The position numbers and the translations under genes were made by a program. The notes under the pieces are model-generated. The model saw only the letters and a list, made by a program, of their open reading frames with translations, did no database searches and was not told where the DNA came from. DNA of 64,000 nt from Bdellovibrionota bacterium (GTDB lineage: Bacteria > Bdellovibrionota > UBA1018 > CAIPTA01 > JAALKR01): the NCBI GenBank assembly GCA_965207455.1, contig CBDBMJ010000001.1, positions 1,248,001 through 1,312,000 on the forward strand. Direction: 5' to 3'. Shown one piece after another: positions 27,166-38,201 of the stretch. Position 1 is the stretch's first letter; each line of letters begins with the position of its first letter.

Positions 27166-28606
27166 AAGTACTCTGAAAAGCACATTCATTTTTCAATAAA
27201 CTATACGCCGACTCATTCATATACAAACTGGGAATAAAGTTCTGTATATTGGAAAGAATTCGTACAATGGAATGCTGCCTGTCCACGAGAAGGCTCGCTT
27301 TCCCCCTATAATCTAAAATTTTTACTGGATCCCTCTCTTGGAGTATATTGTTTTTTGTTTTTCCATTTAAAATATCGTTCCTATGGGTCGCAAATACAAT
27401 ATCCGATTTGGGAATATCATAAAGAAGCCATTCCGTTCCTACCCCCTTTTTTTGAATGATATTTTCAAAATCCTGCACTAAACTTCTAATTTTTTGCTCC
27501 ATTTTTTTCCGTTCCCCAATACCATCCTTGTCCCTAGCAAATAATTGCTGCTCAAATGGAGGAATGGTAATCCGACGAGGACTAATACGATACAATAACA
27601 TCTTCGCCATCTCTTTAATTTTAGGATCCTTTATGGAATCATTTATATATTCCTTGTGGAGCAAACCCATAAAATAAAAATCGTTAAAACCAAAAAAATG
27701 GTCCGGCTCTTTGCCCACCATCTCCAGTAAATCTTCAAACTGCCATATCTTCTTTGTTTCTAAAAAATACTTCGTGATTGTTTCTCCAATAATGTCGAAA
27801 CGGGCGCCAGCACTTCCTCGTACAATTTGAGAATACCAACCAAAACGGGCAATAAGAAAATCCTCCACTGCGTGCATGGCATTGTCTCGAACACCAAGGC
27901 TTTTATTCCCGTCCCCCGAATCAAACGCAACCATATGGTAGAGAATATAATCATGGTCGATATGCCCATACTTAATGCCCGTATAGTGGGCATCTCTCAT
28001 CAAATAGTCCATACGGTCTGCGTCCACCTCCGAATGCAGCACCTGATTGGCCAATAAATTATCACTCTCCCCCTTAATAATGGTGGATATCTCCTGATAA
28101 TCCAGCTCCGTCTCTTCCAGTATTTGTGTAATCCCCCCCGGCTCCTTGCTATTTTTTAAAATATACGCTCCCAAATGCTCGTGGTTATTGGGATAGGACT
28201 TGCCCCGGGAAGCAGTAGAACCATGCTGTATATAAGCACCCTCGCAGGTATGGCTAAAAGGAAAGGTGCCAATATCATGGAGCAACGCAGCGATTCGTAT
28301 GTTTTTATGAAAGGTGGATGCGGGATCATTGGATTTTGTGTCGAATAGTTTCTCGGGCGGCACAGCATAACCAATGGCCTGGAGAATTTTATCCGCTATA
28401 TGCATAACCCCTATGGCATGGGCGAAACGATTGTGCTCAGCCCCTGGAAATAAATAACTGGAAAAACCCAATTGCTTGATCCAACGCAAGCGCTGGTAAT
28501 AGGGCGACTGGATAATCCTAGCCTCCGTCTCGGTGAGTTTGATAAATCCGTACAAAGGATCAAAGATGGTGCGAGCAGGTTTCGTTTTAAAATTTAAAGT
28601 CTTCAA
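27149..28606 (-). CDS. HD-domain phosphohydrolase (SAMHD1/dNTPase-like)
   Basis: QRLRWIKQLG, HNRFAHAIG, LLHDIG.FPFSH, DADRMDYLMRD. Confidence 0.9.
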   Translation of the reverse strand: MKTLNFKTKPARTIFDPLYGFIKLTETEARIIQSPYYQRLRWIKQLGFSSYLFPGAEHNRFAHAIGVMHIADKILQAIGYAVPPEKLFDTKSNDPASTFHKNIRIAALLHDIGTFPFSHTCEGAYIQHGSTASRGKSYPNNHEHLGAYILKNSKEPGGITQILEETELDYQEISTIIKGESDNLLANQVLHSEVDADRMDYLMRDAHYTGIKYGHIDHDYILYHMVAFDSGDGNKSLGVRDNAMHAVEDFLIARFGWYSQIVRGSAGARFDIIGETITKYFLETKKIWQFEDLLEMVGKEPDHFFGFNDFYFMGLLHKEYINDSIKDPKIKEMAKMLLYRISPRRITIPPFEQQLFARDKDGIGERKKMEQKIRSLVQDFENIIQKKGVGTEWLLYDIPKSDIVFATHRNDILNGKTKNNILQERDPVKILDYRGKASLLVDRQHSIVRILSNIQNFIPSLYMNESAYSLLKNECAFQSTFSTGS

Positions 28607-28714
28607 TGTATTTATCTCCTATGCGTCGCGTTTATGAGAAAGCTCATGCCTTCTACTAGTAAATAATATAAAATACCGTGATGGAGTAGAAGTTTTTTTA
28701 TTTTTTAATTTATT

Positions 28715-31700
28715 ATGCTAAATCGGTTAGTGTCATTTTTTGTCGAACGGGAGTTATTAGGTAACCTAATCACCGTCTTTATTTTTATTGTGGGCACTTT
28801 CTCCATTTTTGCCATTCGTAAAGACCTTTTCCCTCCAGTGGACTTTGATACTGTGCTGGTCTCAGCCAGTATGAGGGGAGCCTCTTCGGAACAGGTGGAG
28901 AAACTCTTAGTAAACCCCTTAGAGCAGGCCATTCGTAGCGTAGAGGGTTTAGAAAAGGTGACTAGCAGTGCCATTCAGGGGCTTGCTGGAATGGTACTTA
29001 CCTTGGATCCAGACGCCCGAGATCCCACAGATACCATGGCAGATATCCGTAGTGCCATCGATCAAATTCAAAATTATCCCGAATCTGCAAACGAACCCAA
29101 GATAAGAAAATTAAACGCATCCGACTCAACCCTTATTGCCATTGCCATAACAATGGAGGGTGCCACCCAGTATGAGTTGAGAGAAAAAGTAAAATTTTTG
29201 GCGAACAAGCTCGAAGATGTCAATGGAGTGTCCGGCATTGGTAAAACTCCCTGGTTCGACAAAGAAATTGTTATAAGCGTTCACGAAAGAAAATTATTAA
29301 GAAATAAAATATCTTTGGGGCAAGTAATTCAAGCCATTCGAAACCAAAATAAGCAACTCCCCGCTGGTGACAGCATGCTGGTTAACAAAAGAGAAGAGAT
29401 ATTTATTAAAACAGATGGGGAACTGATCAACCTCGAGGATGTACGCAATACCGTAATCCGGGCGAATATAGAAGGCTATGTAGTTCGAGTGAAAGATGTG
29501 GCCGACGTATCGCAACGCTTAGAGGAGAATAAAAAAATCTATCGAGTAGACGGCACACCCTCTTTTCTTTTAAATATACGAAAAAAAGCCAGTGCCGATG
29601 CCTTAACTGTGGTGAAGCGAATAAAGAAAAAAGTAGAAGAACTCAAACCCGCCCTACCTGCGAACATGCGCTTCAAGTTCATCAATGATTTCACAAAATA
29701 TTTAGAAAGACGTATCAATGTACTTAGCAGTAATATGATTATTGGTATAGGACTAGTGTTTTTTCTCCTCACCCTTTTTCTGCCTTTCCGAATAGCCATC
29801 ATTGTAGCTATCGGCATTCCATTTGCCATGCTGGCCGACATTGCCCTAGCCTACACCCTCGATCTATCCATCAACCTCTTGAGCCTAGTGGGCTTAATTA
29901 TCGTATGTGGCATGGTGGTGGACGATGTGGTGGTGGTGGTAGAAAATATATACCGCAAAATAGAAGATGGAATTCCCTCTAAAGAAGCTATTGTGAATGG
30001 TACAGCAGAGATGATCACTCCAGTGCTGTCCGCAGTGATGACCACCATAATGGCCTTCCTGCCTCTCATGTTTATGACAGGCATCTTTGGTAAATTTATC
30101 TTTCACATTCCTTTAATGGTAATAGGAGCCCTCCTTTTTTCTCTATGGGAAGGATTTTTCATAGCTCCCTGCCATATGCAAAGCTTTGGGGTTCCTAAAT
30201 CAAGAAATACGAAAAAAACACCAGAGGAACCCGGATTATACAAGCGATGTTTAGTTACATACGGAAACTTTATTCGCATATTAATTCGTCACCGCTATTT
30301 AAGCATGGTGGGCTTTTTAGGCATCTTTATACTCACTGGATTTGTGGCAAAAAATATGCGCTTTATCCTTTTCCCTCCCACCGGAATGAATACATTTTTT
30401 GTTTCTTTGGAGTCCAATCCTGGAACGGAACTAAAAGAAATGGAACGCATGACTTCACAGGTAGAGGAATTTATTAAACAAAACATACCCAAGTCAGACC
30501 TAACGAACTATATTAGCTCAGTGGGAATTCAGCAGAAAAGACCCAACGACCAATCCAAGCGAGGATCCAATTATGCGCAAATTCAAGTGGATTTAATTTC
30601 AAGTGAACTCCGCGAATATGAAACCACGGAACTTATAAAAAAAATCAGAGAGAAATTTAAACCTCCCAAGAAAATTACTCACTACTCTATTGATATAGCC
30701 AAAAGAGGACCTCCCCAAGGAGCGCCCATTTCCATTAATATCAAGGGAAGCGATTTTGCTGTTCTAAAACAAATTGCAAATAAATTGAAAAAAATCCTCA
30801 CCACTATTGATGGTGTGCACTCCATTCGAGACTCCGAGCTTCTTGGTAAGAGAGAACTAAGAATTATTCCCGACCCTGTAAAAATCAACCAAGCCGGCTT
30901 AAGCGTATTCGACGTTGCCCAAACCGTACAAGCTGCCTTTGGAGGAGTAAACGCTTCCACCATTCGTAGCCTCGATGAAGAAATAACCATACGGGTGCAA
31001 ATGGATAAAGGACAAGAGGACGCCCTGGAAAAAATTAAAAAATTAAAAATAGGAAATAAAAGATTCAATTTAATTCCCTTAACATCCGTGGCTAATATTG
31101 AAATCAACAATACTCGTCAATTTATACAGCACGAGGGTTTCGCTCGATTAACCAGTGTTATGGCAGAGGTGGATCTGGATAAAACTACTGCATTAGCTGC
31201 CACTAAGAAATTTTCAGAAAAATCAGCCCAAGTACTAAATGCCTACCCCGGCTATACTATGGAGTTAGGTGGAGAATCAAAAGATACAAACGAAAGTGTT
31301 GACGGATTGAAAAAATCCTTTTTATTGGCAGCGTTCTGTATCTATATTATCTTAATTTTAACCTTTAATAATTTCTGGCAACCCTTTCTCATCCTCTGCT
31401 CCATTCCCATGGGTATTGTTGGTATTATATGGGCCCTTTTTCTCCATGGCGAAGTTATGAGCTTTATGGGCATGCTGGCAATCGTGGCCCTATCGGGCAT
31501 TATTGTAAACAATTCCATCGTGTTTATAGATTTCTTCAACAAGAAGTGCAAGGATGGTCTCGATAATTTGGAAAACAAATTAGTGGAAACCGCAACCATA
31601 CGATTGCGCCCCATTATCCTCACCTCCCTTACCACGGTGCTTGGACTCATGCCCACTGCTTACGGCATAGGTGGAAGTGATCCTTTTATCGTAAGCCTCG

Positions 31701-31858
31701 CCATCGGTATTGGATGGGGACTAGCCGTAGGTTCCATACTTGCCACCGTAGCCATCCCCTGTGAAATTGCCATTGCCTATGATGTTGGAAATTTCCTGAA
31801 ACGGATTTGGCGCGCATTTACTGGACGATCAACGTATCCAACGCCTAGTGATCGATAG
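28715..31858 (+). CDS. AcrB/CzcA-family RND efflux permease
   Basis: 1047 aa; GMVVDDVVVVVENI, GIIVNNSIV, RLRPIILTSLTT. Confidence 0.95.
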   Translation: MLNRLVSFFVERELLGNLITVFIFIVGTFSIFAIRKDLFPPVDFDTVLVSASMRGASSEQVEKLLVNPLEQAIRSVEGLEKVTSSAIQGLAGMVLTLDPDARDPTDTMADIRSAIDQIQNYPESANEPKIRKLNASDSTLIAIAITMEGATQYELREKVKFLANKLEDVNGVSGIGKTPWFDKEIVISVHERKLLRNKISLGQVIQAIRNQNKQLPAGDSMLVNKREEIFIKTDGELINLEDVRNTVIRANIEGYVVRVKDVADVSQRLEENKKIYRVDGTPSFLLNIRKKASADALTVVKRIKKKVEELKPALPANMRFKFINDFTKYLERRINVLSSNMIIGIGLVFFLLTLFLPFRIAIIVAIGIPFAMLADIALAYTLDLSINLLSLVGLIIVCGMVVDDVVVVVENIYRKIEDGIPSKEAIVNGTAEMITPVLSAVMTTIMAFLPLMFMTGIFGKFIFHIPLMVIGALLFSLWEGFFIAPCHMQSFGVPKSRNTKKTPEEPGLYKRCLVTYGNFIRILIRHRYLSMVGFLGIFILTGFVAKNMRFILFPPTGMNTFFVSLESNPGTELKEMERMTSQVEEFIKQNIPKSDLTNYISSVGIQQKRPNDQSKRGSNYAQIQVDLISSELREYETTELIKKIREKFKPPKKITHYSIDIAKRGPPQGAPISINIKGSDFAVLKQIANKLKKILTTIDGVHSIRDSELLGKRELRIIPDPVKINQAGLSVFDVAQTVQAAFGGVNASTIRSLDEEITIRVQMDKGQEDALEKIKKLKIGNKRFNLIPLTSVANIEINNTRQFIQHEGFARLTSVMAEVDLDKTTALAATKKFSEKSAQVLNAYPGYTMELGGESKDTNESVDGLKKSFLLAAFCIYIILILTFNNFWQPFLILCSIPMGIVGIIWALFLHGEVMSFMGMLAIVALSGIIVNNSIVFIDFFNKKCKDGLDNLENKLVETATIRLRPIILTSLTTVLGLMPTAYGIGGSDPFIVSLAIGIGWGLAVGSILATVAIPCEIAIAYDVGNFLKRIWRAFTGRSTYPTPSDR

Positions 31859-32792
31859 CGATAGACGCCAACCCCAGTTTTTTTGCTTGCTCCAACGCCC
31901 GCTCTGCTCGACGCAAAAGATTGCTCCCTTCGTCCTGAAAAATATGATCAATGGTGGAAAGACCAAAGCAAGCCGTGAGCTTAATTTCCTTTCGTCCATG
32001 CTGAAATTTTTTATTTTTCATGGCGTTTAGTAATCGCTTAGCAACTTGCTTCGTATTTTCAATCGTAGCGTCGGGAAGAATAATCACAAATTCGTCCCCT
32101 CCATGGTGCCCACAAATATCAATATGTCGAGTATTTTTGCTGATCAAGCGCCCCACCTCTCCAACCACTTGATTGGCTAGGCTATGATCAAACTGATCAA
32201 TGACCTGCTTCATTTGATCAATGTCCATCATAATGCAAGACAAAGCACTGTTGTTTCTACGGGAACGCTGCACTTCCTCAGAAAGACGATTTTGTACATA
32301 GGTCATTTTAAATAACCCCGTCAACTCATCCTGAATACTTAACTCTTCTAACTTAAGGTTGTGTCGCTTAATTTGATCGTAGAGCTTTCGTTGCCTCAAT
32401 AGAGCATGAATACGGGCATTGGCAAGGGCAAGGTCTAACGGCGAGGTAAGCACCTCATCCACCCCATCCTCTAACATACTCGTAATATAGTTCGTATCGA
32501 GATTGGCTGTAAGTATGGCAGTCATCACATGGTCCCACTTGGACGCCTGCAAGCCAAAGGAGGTGATCTCCTGGACCCGTTTAATCAGGTCGATGGGAGT
32601 AATATTACTCATCTGATCGGAACTAATAATAAGATAGGGAGACCAGGCTTTTGCCTTATGGAGCAAATCTTCCGTAGTATATGCAGTTTGTATATTAAAA
32701 TGCTGATCCTGGAGTTTTTTTAATAAAAGCGTGTGATCCTCTGTTTTCGGGTGAGCAAGAAGAATACGACAAGTGTCCGATTTATTCGTCAT
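31845..32792 (-). CDS. Diguanylate cyclase with a degenerate receiver domain
   Basis: DELTGL, MMDID, RxxD I-site (RHID), GGDEF. The N-terminal REC-like fold lacks the acidic pocket. Confidence 0.88.
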   Translation of the reverse strand: MTNKSDTCRILLAHPKTEDHTLLLKKLQDQHFNIQTAYTTEDLLHKAKAWSPYLIISSDQMSNITPIDLIKRVQEITSFGLQASKWDHVMTAILTANLDTNYITSMLEDGVDEVLTSPLDLALANARIHALLRQRKLYDQIKRHNLKLEELSIQDELTGLFKMTYVQNRLSEEVQRSRRNNSALSCIMMDIDQMKQVIDQFDHSLANQVVGEVGRLISKNTRHIDICGHHGGDEFVIILPDATIENTKQVAKRLLNAMKNKKFQHGRKEIKLTACFGLSTIDHIFQDEGSNLLRRAERALEQAKKLGLASIAIDH

Positions 32793-32911
32793 AAACCTAT
32801 TCTACTATTTTTCTCTCCCTATGTATATCCAATGCACTCTTAGGAATCCAAGCATCTGTTGGCGTGTATATTCTTTTCATGTATAGTATGGAAAAAGGTA
32901 GAACAATAACG

Positions 32912-33388
32912 ATGGAAGAAAAAAGTCTCCAAGAAAAATACGCTCCCAACAGCATCTGCTTTGGTTGCGGTCCCGCCAACCCCCAGGGCCTACAAATTCA
33001 AAGTATGCTCAGTGGTGATACCTTAGTGTGCACATGGCAACCCAGTGGGCATCACCAAGCCTTTACGGGAATGCTCAACGGTGGCATTATTGGTTCCCTA
33101 CTAGATTGCCATTCCAATTGGGCTGCCGCTTGGCACTTGATGAAAAAAAATAAATGGGAAAAACCCCGTTGTACAGTAACCGCAAAATATTCCGTTACAC
33201 TACTGCGACCCACTCCCAGCAACAGGGAAGTGTACCTCATAGCCAAAGTAGTGGAATCCAAGGAAGACAGGGCCGTTGTAGAAGCCAGTCTCCTATCCAA
33301 CGCTAAGGAATGTGCTAAGGAATACGCCAAGTGCTTAGGCACATTCGTTGCGGTGCAACCAGGACACCCAGCCTACCATCGTTGGTAA
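32912..33388 (+). CDS. PaaI-family thioesterase
   Basis: CFGCGPANPQGL, LNGGIIGSLLDCH. Confidence 0.88.
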   Translation: MEEKSLQEKYAPNSICFGCGPANPQGLQIQSMLSGDTLVCTWQPSGHHQAFTGMLNGGIIGSLLDCHSNWAAAWHLMKKNKWEKPRCTVTAKYSVTLLRPTPSNREVYLIAKVVESKEDRAVVEASLLSNAKECAKEYAKCLGTFVAVQPGHPAYHRW

Positions 33389-33391
33389 AAC

Positions 33392-34582
33392 TTATTTCCC
33401 TTTTTCTGCCTTAAAAAGAGAAAGGTATTTTTCATAGCCTTTTTGCTTTAACTCCTTAACAGGAATAAAACGCAAAGACGCTGAATTAATACAGTAGCGA
33501 AGTTTCGTGGGAAGTGGACCATCGGGAAAAACGTGACCCAAATGGGAGTCAGCGTTCTTGGATCGGATCTCCGTTCTTGTAACAAAGAAATTTCTATCTT
33601 TCTTTTCTATAATATTTCCACTCTCTAGGGGCTGAGTAAACGACGGCCAACCCGTTCCCGATTTATACTTATGGGTGGAACTAAACAAGGGTTCTCCAGA
33701 AACAATATCCACATAAATACCCGATTCCTTATTGTCCCAGTATTTATTTTTAAAAGGAGGCTCCGTGCCATCCTTTTGAGTCACCTTATACTCCAAGGGC
33801 GTGAGTTCGGATTTCAATTTTTCTTTTGACTTTTCTATCGGCCATGTTTTTTTCTTCTCCATATTCATCCTTTTTGGTGGTGTATAGCTTAGGTTATTCC
33901 CCCACACTTTCAACAGAAATTTATCCCTTCCCGACCCTCTTCTATAATAAGAATAGGGAATAGGGTTCTTTTTATAGTAGTCCTGATGGTATTCCTCTGC
34001 AATATAAAACGTAGTTGATCGTCGTATGGGAGTGGTTATTTTTTTTGAAAATATTCCCTTTTGTTGCAATTTTCTTTTGGATTTCTCCGCTGCCTTTCTT
34101 TGCGCTTCGTTGTGATAGAAAATAGCGGACTGGTATTGGGGACCACGATCCACAAACTGCCCACCAGAGTCTGTGGGATTAATGTTTCTCCAAAAAACTT
34201 CCAATAAATCTTCGTAACGTATTTTTTTTGGGTCAAATACAACCTCCACGCTTTCTATGTGACTGGTCCTTCCTGAGGCCACTTGCTTATAGGTTGGACT
34301 TTTCCGTTTTCCTCCCGTATAGCCAGAAACCGCACTTTTTACACCATCTAATTTCTCAAAGGGCGGCTCCATGCACCAAAAACAACCTCCCGCAAAAGTG
34401 GCTTTTGCCAAGCCAGCGGCTGCCTTCTTGCTCTCACTTGTAGCATGGGACTCCGTTATAGCGATAGGTGGGAAAAATCCAGCCTGCCATAGAGCAAATA
34501 CAGTCAAAGAAAAGAAAAGAAAAAAATAGAACTTCTTTTTTTTTAAAAACCCCATCGCACCCATCGCACCCGTCGCACCCAT
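33392..34582 (-). CDS. msrAB: Exported bifunctional methionine sulfoxide reductase MsrA-MsrB
   Basis: N-terminal TM or signal. GGCFWC and YHQDYY (MsrA); GTGWPSF, HLGHVF and RYCINS (MsrB). Confidence 0.95.
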   Translation of the reverse strand: MGATGAMGAMGFLKKKKFYFFLFFSLTVFALWQAGFFPPIAITESHATSESKKAAAGLAKATFAGGCFWCMEPPFEKLDGVKSAVSGYTGGKRKSPTYKQVASGRTSHIESVEVVFDPKKIRYEDLLEVFWRNINPTDSGGQFVDRGPQYQSAIFYHNEAQRKAAEKSKRKLQQKGIFSKKITTPIRRSTTFYIAEEYHQDYYKKNPIPYSYYRRGSGRDKFLLKVWGNNLSYTPPKRMNMEKKKTWPIEKSKEKLKSELTPLEYKVTQKDGTEPPFKNKYWDNKESGIYVDIVSGEPLFSSTHKYKSGTGWPSFTQPLESGNIIEKKDRNFFVTRTEIRSKNADSHLGHVFPDGPLPTKLRYCINSASLRFIPVKELKQKGYEKYLSLFKAEKGK

Positions 34583-34660
34583 GGCAATCCCCCCTATAGA
34601 GATAAAGTATAGCCTGATTTTAGTTGACTTTCCATCACATTATTATATCCTTAAACGTGA

Positions 34661-35110
34661 ATGGTTATTTTCGGATTATTTTTCAACGCTGCCATAGTAT
34701 TGACATTATTTTTTTATGTCACTGCCTATATGGTGGGTGCCACCATTAACTATTCCCTATTGATATGGGGTCTACTCTTTCGAGGCAATAGAAAGATACA
34801 CGTACCCTGCATGAATACAGCAATTTTTTTAGACGTCACGATAGTACTAGCACTGGAGTTAAGTCGAGATGCCGTTGCCACCGCAGCTTCCTTTTCCCTA
34901 TCTTTCTGGCAACAGTTTCATATTGCTGCTTCCCTAATTGCCGTACTCCTGTATCTCCCCACCGTTGTGTTGGGCTGGAAACGTTTTTACCAAAAGTCCC
35001 CCAGAGGAAAAATCTTTTATTGGCATAGAGGTCTAGGAATAACTGCCTTTTTCTTTCGCACCCTAGGTTTTCTCTCCATGTTTTCCATGATAGAGCATGT
35101 GATTAGTTAA
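34661..35110 (+). CDS. DUF420-like small membrane protein
   Basis: Four TM with His residues (KIHVPCM, FHI, WHRGLG). Confidence 0.6.
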   Translation: MVIFGLFFNAAIVLTLFFYVTAYMVGATINYSLLIWGLLFRGNRKIHVPCMNTAIFLDVTIVLALELSRDAVATAASFSLSFWQQFHIAASLIAVLLYLPTVVLGWKRFYQKSPRGKIFYWHRGLGITAFFFRTLGFLSMFSMIEHVIS

Positions 35111-35113
35111 ATA

Positions 35114-36187
35114 ATGAGATTCTTTTTGTTGTTACTCCTCCTCTGTAGCAACGCCCTTGCTTCTGCTAAAACCAAAGGCACTTGGTCCATGTCCATCGAT
35201 GGCCTGTGGGTAAGCGATAGCCTCTCCGAGGCAAGCATAGTGGGATTGGAGCTAAATGCCCAAATTACCCACAGGTTTTCTCCTTTTATATCGAGTTATA
35301 TAGACGTGGAAACCCTACTGGAGGTGGGTAATATTCAATCCACCTTCGATAAAGAATTTGAACCCCAAAAAACAATTATTTTAAACGATGCTCGCCTCTC
35401 TTGGAAACCCAATCCTTTTCTTCGCCTCCATATGGGAGCCATTAACCAACGCCATCATGGTTCCCCCATACTTATTCACAACACTGCCTTCCCTGCCCTA
35501 CAGGAAAAGATCCATTTTATGATCCAATCCATGAAGATCTCCTTGGACTTCCAACAGGCCATTCCCACCTCCCAGACCCTCTTGTCTCAAAAACTAGCCA
35601 AGGAATCTAATCCCACACTCTATACAGGAAAAATATTGGCCGAATACCGCAAAAAGAAATTCCATATGAAAGCACGCCTAAACTATTTTAATTTTCAAAA
35701 CCTCACAAGAGGAACCATTAGAGATAGCCGGTTGTATGGAAATACGGTTGACGGTACAGGAGAAGATCTGAGTTTCCGTTATAAATACTACGGCTGGGAG
35801 TTGGGCTTCAACCTCTCTCTTGCGCTACACACTCAATGGAGTATTTTTACGGGAACTAGTTTTGTGGACAATAGGGGTGCTGCCAACAATAACCGTTCCC
35901 AATATTTATTTGGAGGTGCTCAATATAAAAATAAAATTCTAGAATTCCAAGCCACAATAAAAAGTTTTCATATTGGTGCGGACGCTTCTCCCGCTGCCTA
36001 CACCAATAAATACCTGGGTCACAACAATCGCAAGGGCTATGGGCTAACCTTCTCTGGAAAGCTAGAAAAATTAAAAATCAGTTTACATTATACCAATGCC
36101 AAGATCATTAGCCCCAACCATCACCAAGCAGATAGAACCTATTTTTCTGTGGAAGTGGCCACCCTACCTGCAGTTCTCTTTCAGTGA
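35114..36187 (+). CDS. Putative outer-membrane beta-barrel (porin-like) protein
   Basis: Signal peptide; alternating aromatic strands; NNRKGY motif. Confidence 0.6.
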   Translation: MRFFLLLLLLCSNALASAKTKGTWSMSIDGLWVSDSLSEASIVGLELNAQITHRFSPFISSYIDVETLLEVGNIQSTFDKEFEPQKTIILNDARLSWKPNPFLRLHMGAINQRHHGSPILIHNTAFPALQEKIHFMIQSMKISLDFQQAIPTSQTLLSQKLAKESNPTLYTGKILAEYRKKKFHMKARLNYFNFQNLTRGTIRDSRLYGNTVDGTGEDLSFRYKYYGWELGFNLSLALHTQWSIFTGTSFVDNRGAANNNRSQYLFGGAQYKNKILEFQATIKSFHIGADASPAAYTNKYLGHNNRKGYGLTFSGKLEKLKISLHYTNAKIISPNHHQADRTYFSVEVATLPAVLFQ

Positions 36188-37980
36188 CCGCCGGATCTCG
36201 TTCCCAATACGGTTTCGCTAGACATGGCTTTCCCGTCACGCGTCCAATGTACCGTAATTTTCTCATTGGGACGATAGAATCGCAAAGCAAACACAAACTC
36301 ATGTAAGTTGCGTATTTTTATTTCCCCAATACCCACCAGTATGTCGTTTTTCTGTAAACCTGCTTTTTCTGCAGGAGAGTCCCGCTTTACTCCCTGAAGA
36401 AGCACACCATCGTCCCCTCGAGTGTGAAAATCCGGAATGGACCCAAAATAAGCTCCATAGCCACGCCCACCACGCTGAGGAGCAGGGTCTATAAAATTCT
36501 CTTCTTCATTATAGGTGGGAGGACTCTGGGCCGCATCCACTTGTTTTATATATTGGTACGCAAATGCTTCTATCTTTTTCATACCTTCATAATTAATTTT
36601 CTCCGCTGTATCTGTACTGCGATGATAGTCATCATGGGGACCCGTTGTAAAAAATAGGGCAGGAATTTTGGCTCGTAAAAAAGAAGCATGATCGGAACTT
36701 CCCCAAATATTTTTATTACTGGATAGGGTTAGGGAATGGCGTATTTTTTTCCCCATCTCTGGAAATTCATGGGCTGACGTTTCACCAAAAACAATGAGTT
36801 TATTCTCTCTCATTCTACCCACCATATCGAAATTAAACATGGCAATTACTTTTCCACCTTCCACTACAGGTGGATTATTTACAAAGGCTTGGGAACCCAG
36901 TAAACCCACCTCTTCTGCGGAAAATAGGGCAATTAAATGGGGACGCTGGAGCTTATCATTGGCAATTTTCTTTGCCAAATTGATCACCATTTGCACACCT
37001 GAGGCGTTATCGTCTGCGCCAAAATGGATTTTCCCCTTCCCGTCTTTCTCCAAGGAAGATTCCTCTCCATATCCCAAGTGATCATAGTGGGCTCCTAATA
37101 CAATATATTCCGTTTGCAGCTTTGGATTTGTACCTGGAATAAGAGCCACCACATTTGCCACTGTCCCCACTTGGTGTATAAGGCGCACACCCATCGTGGC
37201 TTTTTTTCCTAAAGAAAAGCTTTGGGGTTTTTGTGTTGTATTGATTGTTTCCTGCAATGCCTCCAGTTTTTTTGTTTCCAGCAGTTTGTTTGCATGGTCC
37301 AGGGAAAGCCTACCTGAGACTATGTCGAAAACAGCACCGCTGCCCCCCCTAGAGTGAAATATAAAGGCAGGCTCCTCTTCCCCACCCAATTCTATGGGGT
37401 TTTGTACCAGCACAATACCCACAGCCCCATGTTGAGCCGCATTTTGTACCTTATATAAAGCGGTGGAATAAAAAAAATGTTCGGGGTTACGAAACAAGGA
37501 ATCTTTGTTACCAATGCCCGGATCCCCTGTCATTGCAATAACGATTTTATCCTTCACATCTACACCATAATCGTCATATTCTCCTAGAAAGGTAATACCG
37601 TAACCGACAAACACCAACTCCCTGGAACCAAGGTTCCGGGAGAGGGAATAGGACTGGGGCATAAACCCAGCGCTTTCGGCTGTTATGGAGGAAAAATAGT
37701 TCGTGGGTTTTGGGTTTTCCTCAGAGGGAGGAACCATCACACTACCCGCAAAGGCTTGAAATTCTTGGGTATAAGACTCATTTGGGGGCTGGAGTTTTAG
37801 CCTTTCCACCTCTTGAACCAAGCGGTTACGGGCCTTTTCCAGCCCTTGGGTTCCCATGCCCCGTCCCTCATACTCTGGAGAGCTTAGCTCATCAATCAGG
37901 GTGACCCCAGCAGGGGCAAAGGCTAGCGTGAGGGCTATTGTGAGAGCCAAGAAAAGCTTCCTAGTGAGTGAGAAAACCAT
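36181..37980 (-). CDS. M28 aminopeptidase with PA and PDZ domains
   Basis: GAHYDHLG, GADDNASG, AEEVGLLGS, SDHASF, YHRSTD; C-terminal PDZ (SPAEKAGL). Confidence 0.93.
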   Translation of the reverse strand: MVFSLTRKLFLALTIALTLAFAPAGVTLIDELSSPEYEGRGMGTQGLEKARNRLVQEVERLKLQPPNESYTQEFQAFAGSVMVPPSEENPKPTNYFSSITAESAGFMPQSYSLSRNLGSRELVFVGYGITFLGEYDDYGVDVKDKIVIAMTGDPGIGNKDSLFRNPEHFFYSTALYKVQNAAQHGAVGIVLVQNPIELGGEEEPAFIFHSRGGSGAVFDIVSGRLSLDHANKLLETKKLEALQETINTTQKPQSFSLGKKATMGVRLIHQVGTVANVVALIPGTNPKLQTEYIVLGAHYDHLGYGEESSLEKDGKGKIHFGADDNASGVQMVINLAKKIANDKLQRPHLIALFSAEEVGLLGSQAFVNNPPVVEGGKVIAMFNFDMVGRMRENKLIVFGETSAHEFPEMGKKIRHSLTLSSNKNIWGSSDHASFLRAKIPALFFTTGPHDDYHRSTDTAEKINYEGMKKIEAFAYQYIKQVDAAQSPPTYNEEENFIDPAPQRGGRGYGAYFGSIPDFHTRGDDGVLLQGVKRDSPAEKAGLQKNDILVGIGEIKIRNLHEFVFALRFYRPNEKITVHWTRDGKAMSSETVLGTRSGGH

Positions 37981-38135
37981 GATTTCACCTTATGCAAGAG
38001 CATGAACTATAGTCAAGTCTATAGACAGGTGACAAAAATTTAGTCGATTTAGGTGAAGATATCATAGGCAAGTATAGGCATGGAGTTCCACATAAATGGT
38101 TGAAATTAAACAACAAATCAAAATGCTCCAGTACT

Positions 38136-38151
38136 TGGCACGCTCATTGCA
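38136..38151 (+). promoter_or_regulatory. Sigma54 (-24/-12) promoter
   Basis: TGGCAC-gctca-TTGCA, about 50 nt upstream of ATG 38202. Confidence 0.75.
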
Positions 38152-38201
38152 ATACAATCTATATGAAAGAAACAAAAGGAAAATTTTGGAGGAAAAGAAA
38201 A

